Shown here piece after piece: positions 9,057 through 17,844 of a stretch of DNA of 64,000 nucleotides (positions are counted from its first letter, which is position 1; every line of letters begins with the position of its first letter). Source of the stretch: a virus. The notes under the pieces were generated by a model. The model was given only the letters and a program-made list of their open reading frames with translations, did not search any database and was not told the DNA's origin. The stretch covers positions 81,043 to 145,042 of IMG/VR virus record IMGVR_UViG_3300042484_001840; one strand, written 5' to 3'. Position numbers and translations under genes: made by a program.

Positions 9057-9272
9057 TCAGATCTCAGCCTCCCACATACGGCAGATCTCCTTGGTGATAT
9101 GGAGACCCTGAACAAGTGCCAAGCCAATGGCTCGCTTTAGTTCGTTGGGCGTTGCCAAGGGGAGGTAGTTGTCAATGTCCTCCCAAGCCTTGAGACCAGC
9201 AAGGATTTCCTCGTAGGTCTTGCTGGCATAAGCCTTGTCATTACTAGTTGGGAACTTGGTTTCGGTAGTCAT
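9057..9272 (-). CDS. hypothetical protein
   Basis: GAGG RBS; promoter 9338-9310. Confidence 0.75.
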   Translation of the reverse strand: MTTETKFPTSNDKAYASKTYEEILAGLKAWEDIDNYLPLATPNELKRAIGLALVQGLHITKEICRMWEAEI

Positions 9273-9612
9273 AATTTGTCCTCTCGGTAGTGGTTTTCCT
9301 TACCTAGTAAGTATACACCTTGGGTGTAGCACTTACACCATTATTCGTGTTACAGAATGGTTACAGATTTATGACGGAAATGTAATGGAGAGCCAAAATG
9401 CCGATATGGGCAATGTGTCACCATTACACGCTAGAACGCCCCCTAAGCGCCTGACCCCCCTCTCCGCCCCTAGCACCCAATCCTGAGCCTGAAACGGCTG
9501 AGAGACGATTTCCACAGATTTATACACAGCCTCTGAGCAGGGGAAATGTGGCAAAACCCCAGCGTGAGGGCACTTTTTGCATAACCCCTGCTAGTGGGCT
9601 TACACACGGTGG

Positions 9613-9908
9613 TTATCCACAGAAGTGACCACTTACCACCAGATTTCACCAGTAGTTATCCACAGGGGTGTGTATAAAGTTGGGGATAAGGTTATCCACA
9701 GGATATCCACAGGGTGTGGATAAAGTAGTTGTACTGTGCAAGTAAGTTATCCACAGGGGGTGTGGATAAAGGTGTGGATAAAGTTTTCCACAGGGTGTGG
9801 ATAAACCTGTGGAAAAGATAGTTGTAGTCTACAAGTAAGTTTTCCACAGGATGGGGATAAAGTTGTGGATAAAGTTATCAACAGGGCTGTGGATAAAGTT
9901 GTGGATAA
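9613..9908. repeat. large DnaA-box array C (about 19 boxes, 11 perfect)
   Basis: Perfect TTATCCACA/TGTGGATAA at 9613, 9656, 9692, 9715, 9747, 9761, 9773, 9796, 9864, 9888, 9900 plus one-mismatch copies. Confidence 0.95.
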
Positions 9909-10072
9909 CTTTTTGCTCTGTAAAAAATTCTCTTCCGCCACCGTCAAAGTTTTAGAAACGAGGGGGCGGGGCTAGTCCCCTACTAACAAGAATTGAAAAA
10001 TCTGAACTTATAAAAAAAAGCATTAGCCCCGTTTGTTTTTTCAAGAAGCATTAGCCCCGTTTGTTTTTTGAG

Positions 10073-10105
10073 TTTTCCACAGGTTTTTCCACAGGCTGTG
10101 GATAA
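10073..10105. promoter_or_regulatory. DnaA-box cluster D (3 boxes)
   Basis: TTTTCCACA 10073, 10085; TGTGGATAA 10097. Confidence 0.8.
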
Positions 10106-10137
10106 GGGGGTAGGGTTTGACCCCCACCCCCACTCAA

Positions 10138-10335
10138 TCACCAAGGGCACTCGTTGTGTCCTTTTCTCATTATCCATCGCGATTTCATTTCGCTGACGAA
10201 TCGGTAGGCAACTTTGTGCGGACTCCATAAGTAAGCGAGTCGCCTGATGCCTGTCATGTCCTCAGCCTCGTCCAATTCGCAATTGGCGGGCATGTAAAGC
10301 GAACCGCTCCACTCTAGTCCTTTGAGCCATTTCAT
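10138..10335 (-). CDS. hypothetical protein (MKWLKGLEW...)
   Basis: AAGGAG RBS; promoter 10397-10369. Confidence 0.75.
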   Translation of the reverse strand: MKWLKGLEWSGSLYMPANCELDEAEDMTGIRRLAYLWSPHKVAYRFVSEMKSRWIMRKGHNECPW

Positions 10336-10513
10336 ATTTTCTCCTTCTAGTAGTTCCTTACATATACAAGTATAGCAGACTTGTGTAACCATTACAACAT
10401 TTATCAACAAATATCTTTGTGACAAAAGACACGCCGTACAATGGTGTAAACTCTACACCCTCATGCTATACTTATGGAGTACGGAAAACCTACTACTAAA
10501 CAAGGGAGACAGT

Positions 10514-10792
10514 ATGAAGTTCATGACCGAAACGCTAGTGACAGACACGCTCTGCTACGAAGTAATTGCCGAGACAGCCAAGACGCTGACAATCAGGTCA
10601 ATGGCACGAGGCGAGCAGGTGTACACCGATGGCGCACCATTGCCAGTAATCGGACTCCGAGCGATTTCTGATCCGAACGGAGACACCAAAGTGGTGAGAC
10701 TCCGTAAAGACGGAACTTACCGCAAGGCTCAGGGATACAACCCCCTGCGGTTCACCGAGACTCCGATCTTCTACACGGACTACAAGTACTGA
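10514..10792 (+). CDS. hypothetical protein (MKFMTET...)
   Basis: GGGAG RBS; promoter GTGTAA(10444)-17-TATACT(10467). Confidence 0.8.
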   Translation: MKFMTETLVTDTLCYEVIAETAKTLTIRSMARGEQVYTDGAPLPVIGLRAISDPNGDTKVVRLRKDGTYRKAQGYNPLRFTETPIFYTDYKY

Positions 10793-10828
10793 GAGATGGG
10801 CGGGGGGCGAAAGCCCCCCCCCCCCCAG

Positions 10829-10850
10829 TTATCCACAGGGCTGTGGACAA
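10829..10850. promoter_or_regulatory. DnaA-box pair E
   Basis: TTATCCACA 10829; TGTGGACAA 10842. Confidence 0.75.
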
Positions 10851-10966
10851 CTTTGCGCGGAAAATCCGTGCGGGGCTATGGGCTTCCCGACGCGCCCGCT
10901 AGCCCCGTTGCTTCAAAATCTGGAGACTCACGGTATGGGCAGAACCCCGCAGGGCTTAGCGCCCCC

Positions 10967-11254
10967 TCAATCGGGGACGCTTGCCCATGCTTCGGCTTCG
11001 GTACTGAACTCGCCAAACTCGGAGACGGTACGAACTTCGGTCAGGCTTACGGCTTGACGGACAGTAAAGCGACGCTCGCCGTCCCAAGCGAAGCCGTTAG
11101 GGTCTTGCTCAGAAGTGACAAAGTAGCCATCGCCGTAGATATCTCCGTGAACCCTTGACGCAAACCAGCGCATAGTGCTATCGGAGAAAAAGTGGTAGCC
11201 AGCGTCTTTACTAGCCTCCACGAACTCACTTAGTGTCATGGTTGAAATACTCAT
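10967..11254 (-). CDS. conserved phage protein (GxHFFSxxTMRWFxSR...FVTSE motif)
   Basis: Recognisable phage motif; AAGGAG RBS. Confidence 0.8.
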   Translation of the reverse strand: MSISTMTLSEFVEASKDAGYHFFSDSTMRWFASRVHGDIYGDGYFVTSEQDPNGFAWDGERRFTVRQAVSLTEVRTVSEFGEFSTEAEAWASVPD

Positions 11255-11331
11255 AGTTATCTCCTTAGTAGTTGATGGATAAATTATACCGAGGGGGTGT
11301 GGCTCAGTTCCCCAAGCCACACCGAAGCCCC

Positions 11332-11499
11332 TCAGAACCGAGGTAGTTGGCTTAGGACATAATCCTCGGCACGGGTGATGTACTTAGCCGTAACAGCGCC
11401 TCGTGCTTTTCTATAAGCGAGGTCATAGATACGGTCAGCAACTTCAAAGCCATGCTTACGGATAAGAGCCTCGTAAAGTTCATTTTCTGAGAATGTCAT
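11332..11499 (-). CDS. small helical protein (MTFSENELYEALIRKHG...)
   Basis: AAGGAG RBS; -10 at 11536-11531. Confidence 0.75.
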   Translation of the reverse strand: MTFSENELYEALIRKHGFEVADRIYDLAYRKARGAVTAKYITRAEDYVLSQLPRF

Positions 11500-11595
11500 T
11501 ATTTTCTCCTTAGTAGTGGTGACAGATATAAGTATACACCCGCCGAGTGTAGAAACTACAACCATACGGTGTGTCTCTTGTCACACTACCTAACC

Positions 11596-11730
11596 GAACA
11601 GGTGTTCGCACGGAGACACCGAACAAGTGTTCCCCGAACGGGTGTTCGTACCGAACAAGTGTTCGCTTGATAAAAATACGCACCGACGCATAAAAATACA
11701 CCGAACAGGTGTTCTACGAACAGGTGTTCG
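11596..11730. promoter_or_regulatory. tandem array of six LexA/SOS boxes (CGAAC-N4-GTTC(G))
   Basis: CGAACaggtGTTCG 11596, CGAACaagtGTTCc 11620, CGAACgggtGTTCG 11635, CGAACaagtGTTCG 11652, CGAACaggtGTTCt 11702, CGAACaggtGTTCG 11717. Confidence 0.85.
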
Positions 11731-11816
11731 CTTGACAAATGTAGCCACATTACGGAGGGAATGTGGACACAATAAAAGCACAGAACTAGAACCGATAGCC
11801 CCGCTAGACTAAAGAT

Positions 11817-13724
11817 ATGAATGGGCAACTAATACTAGGAACGGACACGCTTGTTGCCGTGTTCCCGTACGATAAGGCGCAAGTTGCGCGGATCAGAACC
11901 ATACGCGGGGCTGTATGGGACAACGCATCTAAAACATGGCGGATACCCCTTACTCAATTCTCCAAGGCAACAGAATTGGCGTTGGAACTCGGCTGGTGGA
12001 TTAGCCCCGAAGTAGCAATGCTGAACATACCCAGTGAACCCGTGGACATGATGACGGTGAACAGCAAAACCGTGAGGCTTTCGTTCTCGTTTGACCCAGT
12101 AAAAGTGCGTGCGGTTAAGCGGATACCAGGCATAACTTGGGACAAAAAGACGGCATCGTGGGAAGCCCCGCTCTCGTCACTATCGGAATGTGCTGACTGG
12201 GCGAAGCAGTTTGACATGGAAGTAAGCGAAGATACGCAGACGCAAATATCAGAAATAACCGAAACCAGGTCAAAACTGATTGAGCAGTCAAGGCAAACCG
12301 ATGCTGACCTTGAAGTGGCGGGACTACCACTGCTTCCGTACCAAAGAGCGGGCGTGAAGTACGCTGCTGAGGCACGCAGATGCTTCATTGCTGACGACAT
12401 GGGACTTGGTAAAACACTCCAAGCAATCGCAACTCTTGAGTATGTTATGGATAGTTACCCCGCAGTTGTTGTCTGCCCACCCACGCTGGTACTGAACTGG
12501 AAGAACGAGTACAACAAGTGGCTACCAGGTAGAAATGTTGTCACGGTGAAGAACCGAAGCGAATTCCCAGACGGGGCTTATGATGTTGTCGTTGTTGGTT
12601 ACTCAAACATCAACGCATGGGCGAACAAACTCCAAAAGCACCGAAGTTATGTGTTTGACGAGTCGCATTACTGCAAAAGTGCTGATGCGCAGCGCACGAA
12701 GGCTGCCATCAAGATGGCGAAGTCGGCACCGAAAGAAGGAATTGTTCTTTGTTTGACTGGTACGCCCGTAACCAACCGCCCCGCTGAATACGCCCCGCAG
12801 TTGGACATGCTTGGAAAACTTTCTGATTTTGGTGGCAAATGGGGCTTTTACCGACGATATTGCGCGGCTTTCCGAGACAGATTTGGGCAATGGAACATCT
12901 CAGGCAACTCCAACTTGGAAGAACTCAACGACAGACTCCGAGGAAACTGTTATATCCGAAGAACTAAGGACCAGGTACTGGAAGAACTCCCACCCGTGCG
13001 TCACAACACGATCCTGATTGAAGGAACTGATGCGGGGCTGAAGGAGTATCGCAAGGCGGAAAACGACATCGTAAAATATCTAATGGAGCGTGCACGGCAA
13101 ATCGCTGAAGAACTTGGTGAATCACCGAACTCCGCTGCTGTGCGAGCAAAAATGAGGGCAGAACGGAACGAACATTTGATTCGCATCGGCGTTCTTCGGA
13201 AGTTAGCCGCTAAAGCGAAGATGCCCGCTGTTATTGAATGGGTTGATGGGCGCATTGAAGCGGGGCAAAAGGTGGTTATCGCCGCTCACCACCGTGAAAT
13301 CGTTGATGAACTTGCTCAGAAGTATGGGAACATAAAGATTCAGGGAGGCATGGATGTCAATGATGTGGAAGCAAACAAGAAGATGTTTCAAGAGAAAAGT
13401 GTCACAGAAAGCCCCGTTATCGTTCTTTCCATCCAAGCAGCGAAAACAGGTCACACGCTGACCGCTTCTCAAGATGTTCTCTTCGTGGAACTTCCATGGA
13501 CACCGAGCGATGTGGATCAAACTTACTCAAGATGCCACCGACTGGGACAAAAGGGCAGTGTAACAGCAACTTATCTGCTTTGTCAAGGAACTGTTGATGA
13601 AAAAATCTACGATGTCATTGAGCAGAAGCGTGGAGTTGTGAACGCTGCGACTGAAGGAACCGAAGTGAGCGGGGCTGGTGGAGAATTGTTTGACCATTAC
13701 CTCCAACTGTCAATGAAATACTGA
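11817..13724 (+). CDS. SNF2-family (SMARCAL1/HARP-like) helicase
   Basis: ADDMGLGKT, DESH, LTGTP, QTYSRCHRLGQ motifs; two N-terminal HARP-like repeats (IxGxxWDxxxxxW). Confidence 0.92.
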   Translation: MNGQLILGTDTLVAVFPYDKAQVARIRTIRGAVWDNASKTWRIPLTQFSKATELALELGWWISPEVAMLNIPSEPVDMMTVNSKTVRLSFSFDPVKVRAVKRIPGITWDKKTASWEAPLSSLSECADWAKQFDMEVSEDTQTQISEITETRSKLIEQSRQTDADLEVAGLPLLPYQRAGVKYAAEARRCFIADDMGLGKTLQAIATLEYVMDSYPAVVVCPPTLVLNWKNEYNKWLPGRNVVTVKNRSEFPDGAYDVVVVGYSNINAWANKLQKHRSYVFDESHYCKSADAQRTKAAIKMAKSAPKEGIVLCLTGTPVTNRPAEYAPQLDMLGKLSDFGGKWGFYRRYCAAFRDRFGQWNISGNSNLEELNDRLRGNCYIRRTKDQVLEELPPVRHNTILIEGTDAGLKEYRKAENDIVKYLMERARQIAEELGESPNSAAVRAKMRAERNEHLIRIGVLRKLAAKAKMPAVIEWVDGRIEAGQKVVIAAHHREIVDELAQKYGNIKIQGGMDVNDVEANKKMFQEKSVTESPVIVLSIQAAKTGHTLTASQDVLFVELPWTPSDVDQTYSRCHRLGQKGSVTATYLLCQGTVDEKIYDVIEQKRGVVNAATEGTEVSGAGGELFDHYLQLSMKY

Positions 13725-13832
13725 AATCACCCCACCCGTAGTATTCATTTGATAAACTATAGGGGCACAGAAAAACTACTACTTGCTATCGGCGTATGCG
13801 CCTGACCTTATCCACCGAACAACGGAGCAAAA

Positions 13833-14384
13833 TTGAAACCATCAACTGTAGCGAAGCATTATCTAATACCAATTTCTATCATCGCAAGTGCCATCATATT
13901 CATCTCAAGTACATTTGGAAGTAATCCAAGTAATCAAACATCGGTCTCTATAACCCCAACAGAAACACCAACAACTACTAGCGTTTTGACAACCGAAGCC
14001 CCGTCAACTACTACGACAACGCTTCTTCCCCCGAACTGGACTCCACCGACATTGCCGTCTGATGTTCCATGTCAAGAGTGGACTCAAACAGCACTTGATG
14101 CTGGCTGGCATTGGGCGCTCCTACCCGACCTGCTCCGTATTGTATGGCGTGAATCTCGCTGTCAGAATGTGATTGAAGGTCACCCTCAATGGAATGGACA
14201 TGACCGAGGACCGCTTCAGATCAATCAGGTGTGGCTTGACGAGATTGAGGCGAAGTATGGCACTTGGGAAGTGGTTGACGATCCCCACTACAACTTTGCT
14301 TGGGCGTGGGAAATGTACATCTGGTTTGAGGCTAATCGTGGGTGTGGATTTGACCCGTGGTACAAAACACATTCGTGTAAGTGA
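13833..14384 (+). CDS. membrane-anchored lytic transglycosylase-like protein
   Basis: N-terminal TM, Thr/Pro linker, RESRC and GPLQIN lysozyme-like motifs. Confidence 0.8.
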   Translation: MKPSTVAKHYLIPISIIASAIIFISSTFGSNPSNQTSVSITPTETPTTTSVLTTEAPSTTTTTLLPPNWTPPTLPSDVPCQEWTQTALDAGWHWALLPDLLRIVWRESRCQNVIEGHPQWNGHDRGPLQINQVWLDEIEAKYGTWEVVDDPHYNFAWAWEMYIWFEANRGCGFDPWYKTHSCK

Positions 14385-14393
14385 GGAGCAAAA

Positions 14394-14906
14394 ATGAACA
14401 TATTCAACAAATGGATCATCGGAGTCACCCTCTCCTTCGCAGTCATCGGCGTTTCCTTATGCGGGACTGCGGACAACAAGGCAAATGCTGAAAAAATAGT
14501 TCCAGCAACAGCACCGATTGACCTTTCGGGAGTGAATTGGACTGAACTCGCTCGTTTTATGTATGGAAGATGCGGGGAATACCATGACCTCGCCATCGCA
14601 GTCGGCTGGACTGAAGCGCATTGGAAGAAGTTGAGTTTCGTCATGTACCGCGAGTCCCGCTGTAACACGATGTCGTTCAACAAGAAGGACCCAAACGGTG
14701 GAAGTCGTGGACTTATCCAGATCAACGGTTTCTGGTGTAAACCAAGCAAGTACAACAAATCTGGCTGGTTACAGGCGCAAGGAATACTTAACACTTGCGA
14801 GGATCTGTTCATTCCCGAAGTAAACCTCCGTGCGGGGCTAGCGATGTGGAACTACAGCCAACAGCGCAACAAGTGCGGCTGGCAGCCATGGGCAACACGG
14901 TGCTGA
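14394..14906 (+). CDS. secreted lytic transglycosylase-like protein (paralogue of upstream gene)
   Basis: Signal peptide, RESRC, GLIQIN, GWQPW. Confidence 0.82.
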   Translation: MNIFNKWIIGVTLSFAVIGVSLCGTADNKANAEKIVPATAPIDLSGVNWTELARFMYGRCGEYHDLAIAVGWTEAHWKKLSFVMYRESRCNTMSFNKKDPNGGSRGLIQINGFWCKPSKYNKSGWLQAQGILNTCEDLFIPEVNLRAGLAMWNYSQQRNKCGWQPWATRC

Positions 14907-15036
14907 CCCCATTGTTCTGATAAATCTAACGGAACACAAAAGTGCTGGTCAGAGGCTTTTTTGTCGTATGACTTGCTTTAGATAAATCCATACGCTAGTA
15001 TTTCATATAAATCCAAACAGATACTAAGGAGAAATA

Positions 15037-16065
15037 ATGGCACATGAACTAGAAATGAAGGCAGACGGAACAGCGAAGTTCGCTTATTCGCTCAAGGGCG
15101 GTATCCCGTGGCATCGCCTCGGAGTCCCGCTTGAAGGTTTACAGACAGTAGACGCAATGCTCAAAGCATCGGAAGCCGACTACGAAGTAAAACTCACCAA
15201 AGTGGCGGCAGTTGATGATGATGGCAACTTCATTCTTGATGGCAATGGAAAGCCGATCATTATTGAAGATACCCGTGCCACTATCCGAGACAACGGAGAT
15301 GGAACGCTTGACGCACTTTCTTCAGTTGGAACTCGCTATGTGGTCAAACAGAACAGGGAAGTAGCAGAACGCGCGCTCGCAGTAGTCGGGGCTTCTGAGG
15401 GAGAGGCAGTTGTTGACACCGCTGGCGTTCTTCAGAACGGAAAGCGTTTCTTCATGACGCTTGACTTAGGATCACTCATCATTGATCCGATGGGTGTGAA
15501 TGACAAGATCGCTCGCTATCTCGTTGTATCCACGGGACATGACGGAGTGTGGCCAGTTCGCTACGCAAATACCGACATTCGTGCTGTTTGTAACAATACT
15601 GTTCGCCTTGGAATCAAGGAAGCAGAACGAGTGTTCGTGGCACGACATACAAAGAACATGGACTCAGCGTTTGACGATGCGAAGGAAGTCTTGCGCATCA
15701 GCGTTGACTGGGCGAAGAACTTCAAGGTCATGGCAGAAGAGATGCTGTCTATCGCAGTCCCGAAAGATTCAGGCAAGGTGGACAAGGTTCTCAACCGAGT
15801 CTTCCCCATCAAGAAAGATGAGACGGATCGCCAACGAACGAATCGTGAACGCACCAACATGATTATCCGTTCACTCTACGAATCGGACAAGAACGCTGGT
15901 GGTTTCGGACATAACGGCTGGAGTATGTACAACGCCATTGGCGAATACCTTGACCATCACCGAGACGCAGAGTTAGATGAGCGAGCATTTGCTTCACTTG
16001 ACGACAACTCATGGGTGACACGCATCAAGTTGGAAACCCAGCAGGCTGTTCTTTCACTAGTCTGA
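15037..16065 (+). CDS. DUF932 / TIGR03299-like phage-plasmid protein
   Basis: MAHEL..., PWHRLG, HDG...RxVCxNT, HT, W..YNA..EY.DH. Confidence 0.88.
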   Translation: MAHELEMKADGTAKFAYSLKGGIPWHRLGVPLEGLQTVDAMLKASEADYEVKLTKVAAVDDDGNFILDGNGKPIIIEDTRATIRDNGDGTLDALSSVGTRYVVKQNREVAERALAVVGASEGEAVVDTAGVLQNGKRFFMTLDLGSLIIDPMGVNDKIARYLVVSTGHDGVWPVRYANTDIRAVCNNTVRLGIKEAERVFVARHTKNMDSAFDDAKEVLRISVDWAKNFKVMAEEMLSIAVPKDSGKVDKVLNRVFPIKKDETDRQRTNRERTNMIIRSLYESDKNAGGFGHNGWSMYNAIGEYLDHHRDAELDERAFASLDDNSWVTRIKLETQQAVLSLV

Positions 16066-16087
16066 CAAACATCAAAAATAGAGTCAT

Positions 16088-16119
16088 AATGGGGTGGGAC
16101 AAAATAGTCCCGCCCCATT
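16088..16119 (+). terminator. stem-loop after the DUF932 gene
   Basis: AATGGGGTGGGAC...GTCCCGCCCCATT. Confidence 0.6.
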
Positions 16120-16134
16120 CTATTTGGAGAAAAA

Positions 16135-16500
16135 ATGAACTACGAAGGTATGGACCCTGACAAACTTCATAAAATAGTTCAATCCGCAATCAACCCGCTT
16201 GAGGTTTTTCGGAGGGCTTTCTGCCAACGAGTAGTTGAATCGGTGAACAGCCAATTCGGTGACGAAGGTTTGTACGACTTACTTCTTGGAATAGATGCAG
16301 TGGGCAACTTTGGTTCAGTAGTTGTTATCAACCGAGATGAAATAGATAACTATATGTTTTCAACATTCGGGACTTTTGACGAGTACATGTACGACAAAAT
16401 CGTCATGTCAGAAGAATGGGCGGACTTCTTGGGTCATGTTATGGCGGAAGCGGGCGCAACCTTAGGTAAAATCATTGACGACGCAATGGATAACGACTAA
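16135..16500 (+). CDS. acidic hypothetical protein
   Basis: ORF with GGAG RBS. Confidence 0.7.
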   Translation: MNYEGMDPDKLHKIVQSAINPLEVFRRAFCQRVVESVNSQFGDEGLYDLLLGIDAVGNFGSVVVINRDEIDNYMFSTFGTFDEYMYDKIVMSEEWADFLGHVMAEAGATLGKIIDDAMDND

Positions 16501-16730
16501 CTCCAGCCGTTGATGGGGTGGAACTCAGCGTAAGCAGTGTTATCTGAGAACGCAGTAACTACTAATCCAAGTTCCGTAACGAGAAGGTCTGCGACTTGAC
16601 CGAAATGGTCCCGCATCACTTCTAAGTCAACATCTTCTCCGCCGTCATTCGCCAAATCAACGAGCAAATCACGAATGTAGTTTGTGATGAAAAGTTGAGC
16701 AGTATGAGTTTCTGAAATTTCTGAATTCAT
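16497..16730 (-). CDS. hypothetical protein
   Basis: ORF filling the gap, convergent with the upstream gene. Confidence 0.6.
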   Translation of the reverse strand: MNSEISETHTAQLFITNYIRDLLVDLANDGGEDVDLEVMRDHFGQVADLLVTELGLVVTAFSDNTAYAEFHPINGWS

Positions 16731-16801
16731 GTTGACAATCTAGCATGATGCTGGTAACCTTGTCGGTAACAACCCCACAGGGGAACACGAGGAGAATACG
16801 A

Positions 16802-17263
16802 ATGTCAGCATCACCGACAACACTTACAGGAAACCTTGTTTCAGATCCCGAACTCAAGTTCTTGGATAATGGAACAGCGAAACTATCAGGCTCAATTGCC
16901 GTTGGTCACTATTGGACTGACGCATCGGGCGAAAAGCAAGAAAAGACTTCATTCATTGACTTCGTTGCTTGGCGTTACCTTGCCGACGACGCAGCACGAG
17001 TGTTGGAAAAGGGCGTTCGTATCATTGTTACGGGTCGCCTTGAACAGCGTTCGTGGGAACAAGACGGGGCTAAGCGAAGCAAGGTTGAACTTATCGCTGA
17101 CGACATCGCAGTCGCAGTGAAGTCAATTGAGTCGTTTGACCGTCGCCGTGCTGGTGAAAAGGGTGCTGTTGCGCCGAAGCCAGCCGCTGCTAGGCAGGCA
17201 CAACGCCCTGTACTTAAGGCGACACCAACGCAATCCGTAATGGAAGATGCCGAGCCATTCTGA
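16802..17263 (+). CDS. ssb: single-stranded DNA-binding protein
   Basis: GNLVSDPEL, VxGRLEQRSW, acidic EPF tail; TTGACA(16732)-17-TAACCT promoter. Confidence 0.93.
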   Translation: MSASPTTLTGNLVSDPELKFLDNGTAKLSGSIAVGHYWTDASGEKQEKTSFIDFVAWRYLADDAARVLEKGVRIIVTGRLEQRSWEQDGAKRSKVELIADDIAVAVKSIESFDRRRAGEKGAVAPKPAAARQAQRPVLKATPTQSVMEDAEPF

Positions 17264-17352
17264 GCGAATTCTCGTTCTTCATAGTGTGTCTACTAGGGAC
17301 ATACGCAGTAGTGAAATTGGTTGATGGTCGGGGCAAGAAATAGCCCCGACCA

Positions 17353-17556
17353 TTACCATTTCTGATGTATGAATTCCCACACTTCAACTGGCACAGAGTC
17401 CTCGTAGTACGGATCAAGGATTGTACCGATGAGTTCCGAAGCAATGTCGGGTCTGACCATCGCAAGGAAGTTTGATATCGCCTGCCCTAGTCGTTGACTC
17501 TCCCTATTGCGTTCAAAGTAATCGGTTGAGTTACTAAGGAACTCTATGTAGTTCAC
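17353..17556 (-). CDS. small phage protein (RxGQ...DPYY motif)
   Basis: GTGA overlap with the upstream stop. Confidence 0.7.
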   Translation of the reverse strand: MNYIEFLSNSTDYFERNRESQRLGQAISNFLAMVRPDIASELIGTILDPYYEDSVPVEVWEFIHQKW

Positions 17557-17816
17557 TCTGTCCACTCCCAAGTTCCGTTTTGGTGAAGCGTAGCATTTGA
17601 CGGAGCGTCACAGTTCTTGATGTCCACGAACATTTGCCCGTCGTTCTCCCAAGTAAAGTTAGCGTTGAGCACTACTGGGCAGGGATTGTCATTATCGGGG
17701 TCTACGATGTCTGCTAGGCGTGTTATACCAAGCATAGAGAATATTCCTAGTCCACCCCAAAAAGTGAAGCGGACTGCTGTGCGGATAGAGTAGTAGAGTG
17801 ATGTTTTAGTAGTCAT
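17553..17816 (-). CDS. membrane protein, probably leaderless
   Basis: TTGACA(17851-46)-17-TATAAT(17828-23), 6 nt before ATG. Confidence 0.7.
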   Translation of the reverse strand: MTTKTSLYYSIRTAVRFTFWGGLGIFSMLGITRLADIVDPDNDNPCPVVLNANFTWENDGQMFVDIKNCDAPSNATLHQNGTWEWTE

Positions 17817-17844
17817 AGTTACATTATACAAAACCTATCCATGA

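Noticed and set aside
9613-9908. CRISPR array interpretation of the repeat cluster (also 11596-11730 and 22752-22926)
   Set aside because: Units are 9-14 bp with irregular short gaps and mixed orientation, not 23-47-bp repeats with unique spacers; no cas genes in the window
9369-10228. ORF-track calls 9369-9554, 9747-9947 and 9983-10228
   Set aside because: Translations of DnaA boxes (LSTT, CGK, VIHR); no RBS or early promoter
11510-11828. Overlapping ORFs across the SOS-box array
   Set aside because: Repetitive EHLF/RTPVR peptides arise from the operator repeats; no expression signals
11954-13520. Long antisense ORFs within SNF2 and other large genes
   Set aside because: Shadow frames of well-supported genes with no motifs of their own
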